From Macrostomum hystrix (Eukaryota; Animalia; Platyhelminthes), in NCBI GenBank assembly GCA_950097015.1, contig CATNEN010000038.1, positions 33,170,001 to 33,234,000 of the forward strand: a DNA stretch of 64,000 nucleotides, given 5' to 3'. Shown here piece by piece: positions 63,499 to 64,000 of the stretch. How positions within the stretch are numbered: the first letter of the stretch is position 1; each line of letters begins with the position of its first letter. Both the position numbers and the translations under genes were made by a program. Under the pieces are notes generated by a model. It saw nothing but the letters and a program-made list of their open reading frames with translations. It did not search any database and was not told the origin of the DNA.

Positions 63499-64000
63499 CC
63501 AGCGTTTGTGTAACTTGTGTAATTCTGCTCCAATGGGGCTCTTGGTGTAGAGACACTTTCTTGGTGTCAGAAAGTATGCGAGCTCATTTTTTTCGAGATC
63601 GTTTTTGTTAACTTTAATGCGGGTTTTGTCTTTATGCATTACACAATATTTTTTGTCTGAACAGTAGTGCCCCCCAAGGGGGGGGGGGCTTAGCGTGCTA
63701 GTGTGTTCTATTTTTATCCACTTCAAATCAAATTTTCTCTATTTTTGGTTTCAAAGCAAATAATTTACTAATCAGTACTTACATTTTTTCATGCGCTTTT
63801 ATTTATGTAAGTTTGAGTGTGCTACTATACTAAAATAAAAAAATGTTAAAGAAAAGTAATGTTTTCAAATAATTTCGATTGCAAAAATTCAGCAACATGC
63901 GAAGAATTGTTGTCGAATTCCCAGGTAATCTATTTTCATATTTTTTGTTCGTTATACTTGAAAAACGATGAATGTTGTACGTGCGCTTCGCTAGTAGACT

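Larger units (their letters stand above)
49254..63994 (+). mobile_element. Helitron, ~14.7 kb (ends inferred)
   Basis: A|TCTAATA start followed by (TGTC)n, CTAG|T at 63991-63995 with only a degenerate hairpin; contains RepHel and RPA-like genes. Confidence 0.7.

Overview
Eukaryotic (intron-bearing, probably invertebrate) heterochromatin-like window made almost entirely of nested mobile elements; no ordinary host gene was recognised. In order: a Mag-like Ty3/Gypsy element running off the left edge, decayed Sola-like, non-LTR, CACTA and MULE fragments, an intact IS630/Tc1 transposon with long TIRs, a dUTPase relic, a ~13-kb block described below, a Crypton-type recombinase pseudogene split by an inversion, a decayed MULE-NOF, a two-gene CACTA element and a ~14.7-kb Helitron. 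The Helitron has a 7-exon STPR-repeat/OTU/Rep/PIF1 gene that splices in frame and an RPA70-like pseudogene. The most unusual region is ~23.2-34.6 kb. It holds a small helical ORF, a nuclease-less CRESS/parvo-like SF3 helicase and a two-exon ~909-aa zinc-finger tyrosine recombinase. These genes are punctuated by three related imperfect hairpins (GTACAGT..GTGCGCGCAC..TATATA arms) and a perfect 38-bp palindrome, and are interrupted by a Gypsy insertion. It looks like an unclassified recombinase/helicase mobile element. All family calls are by motif recognition, not database search.
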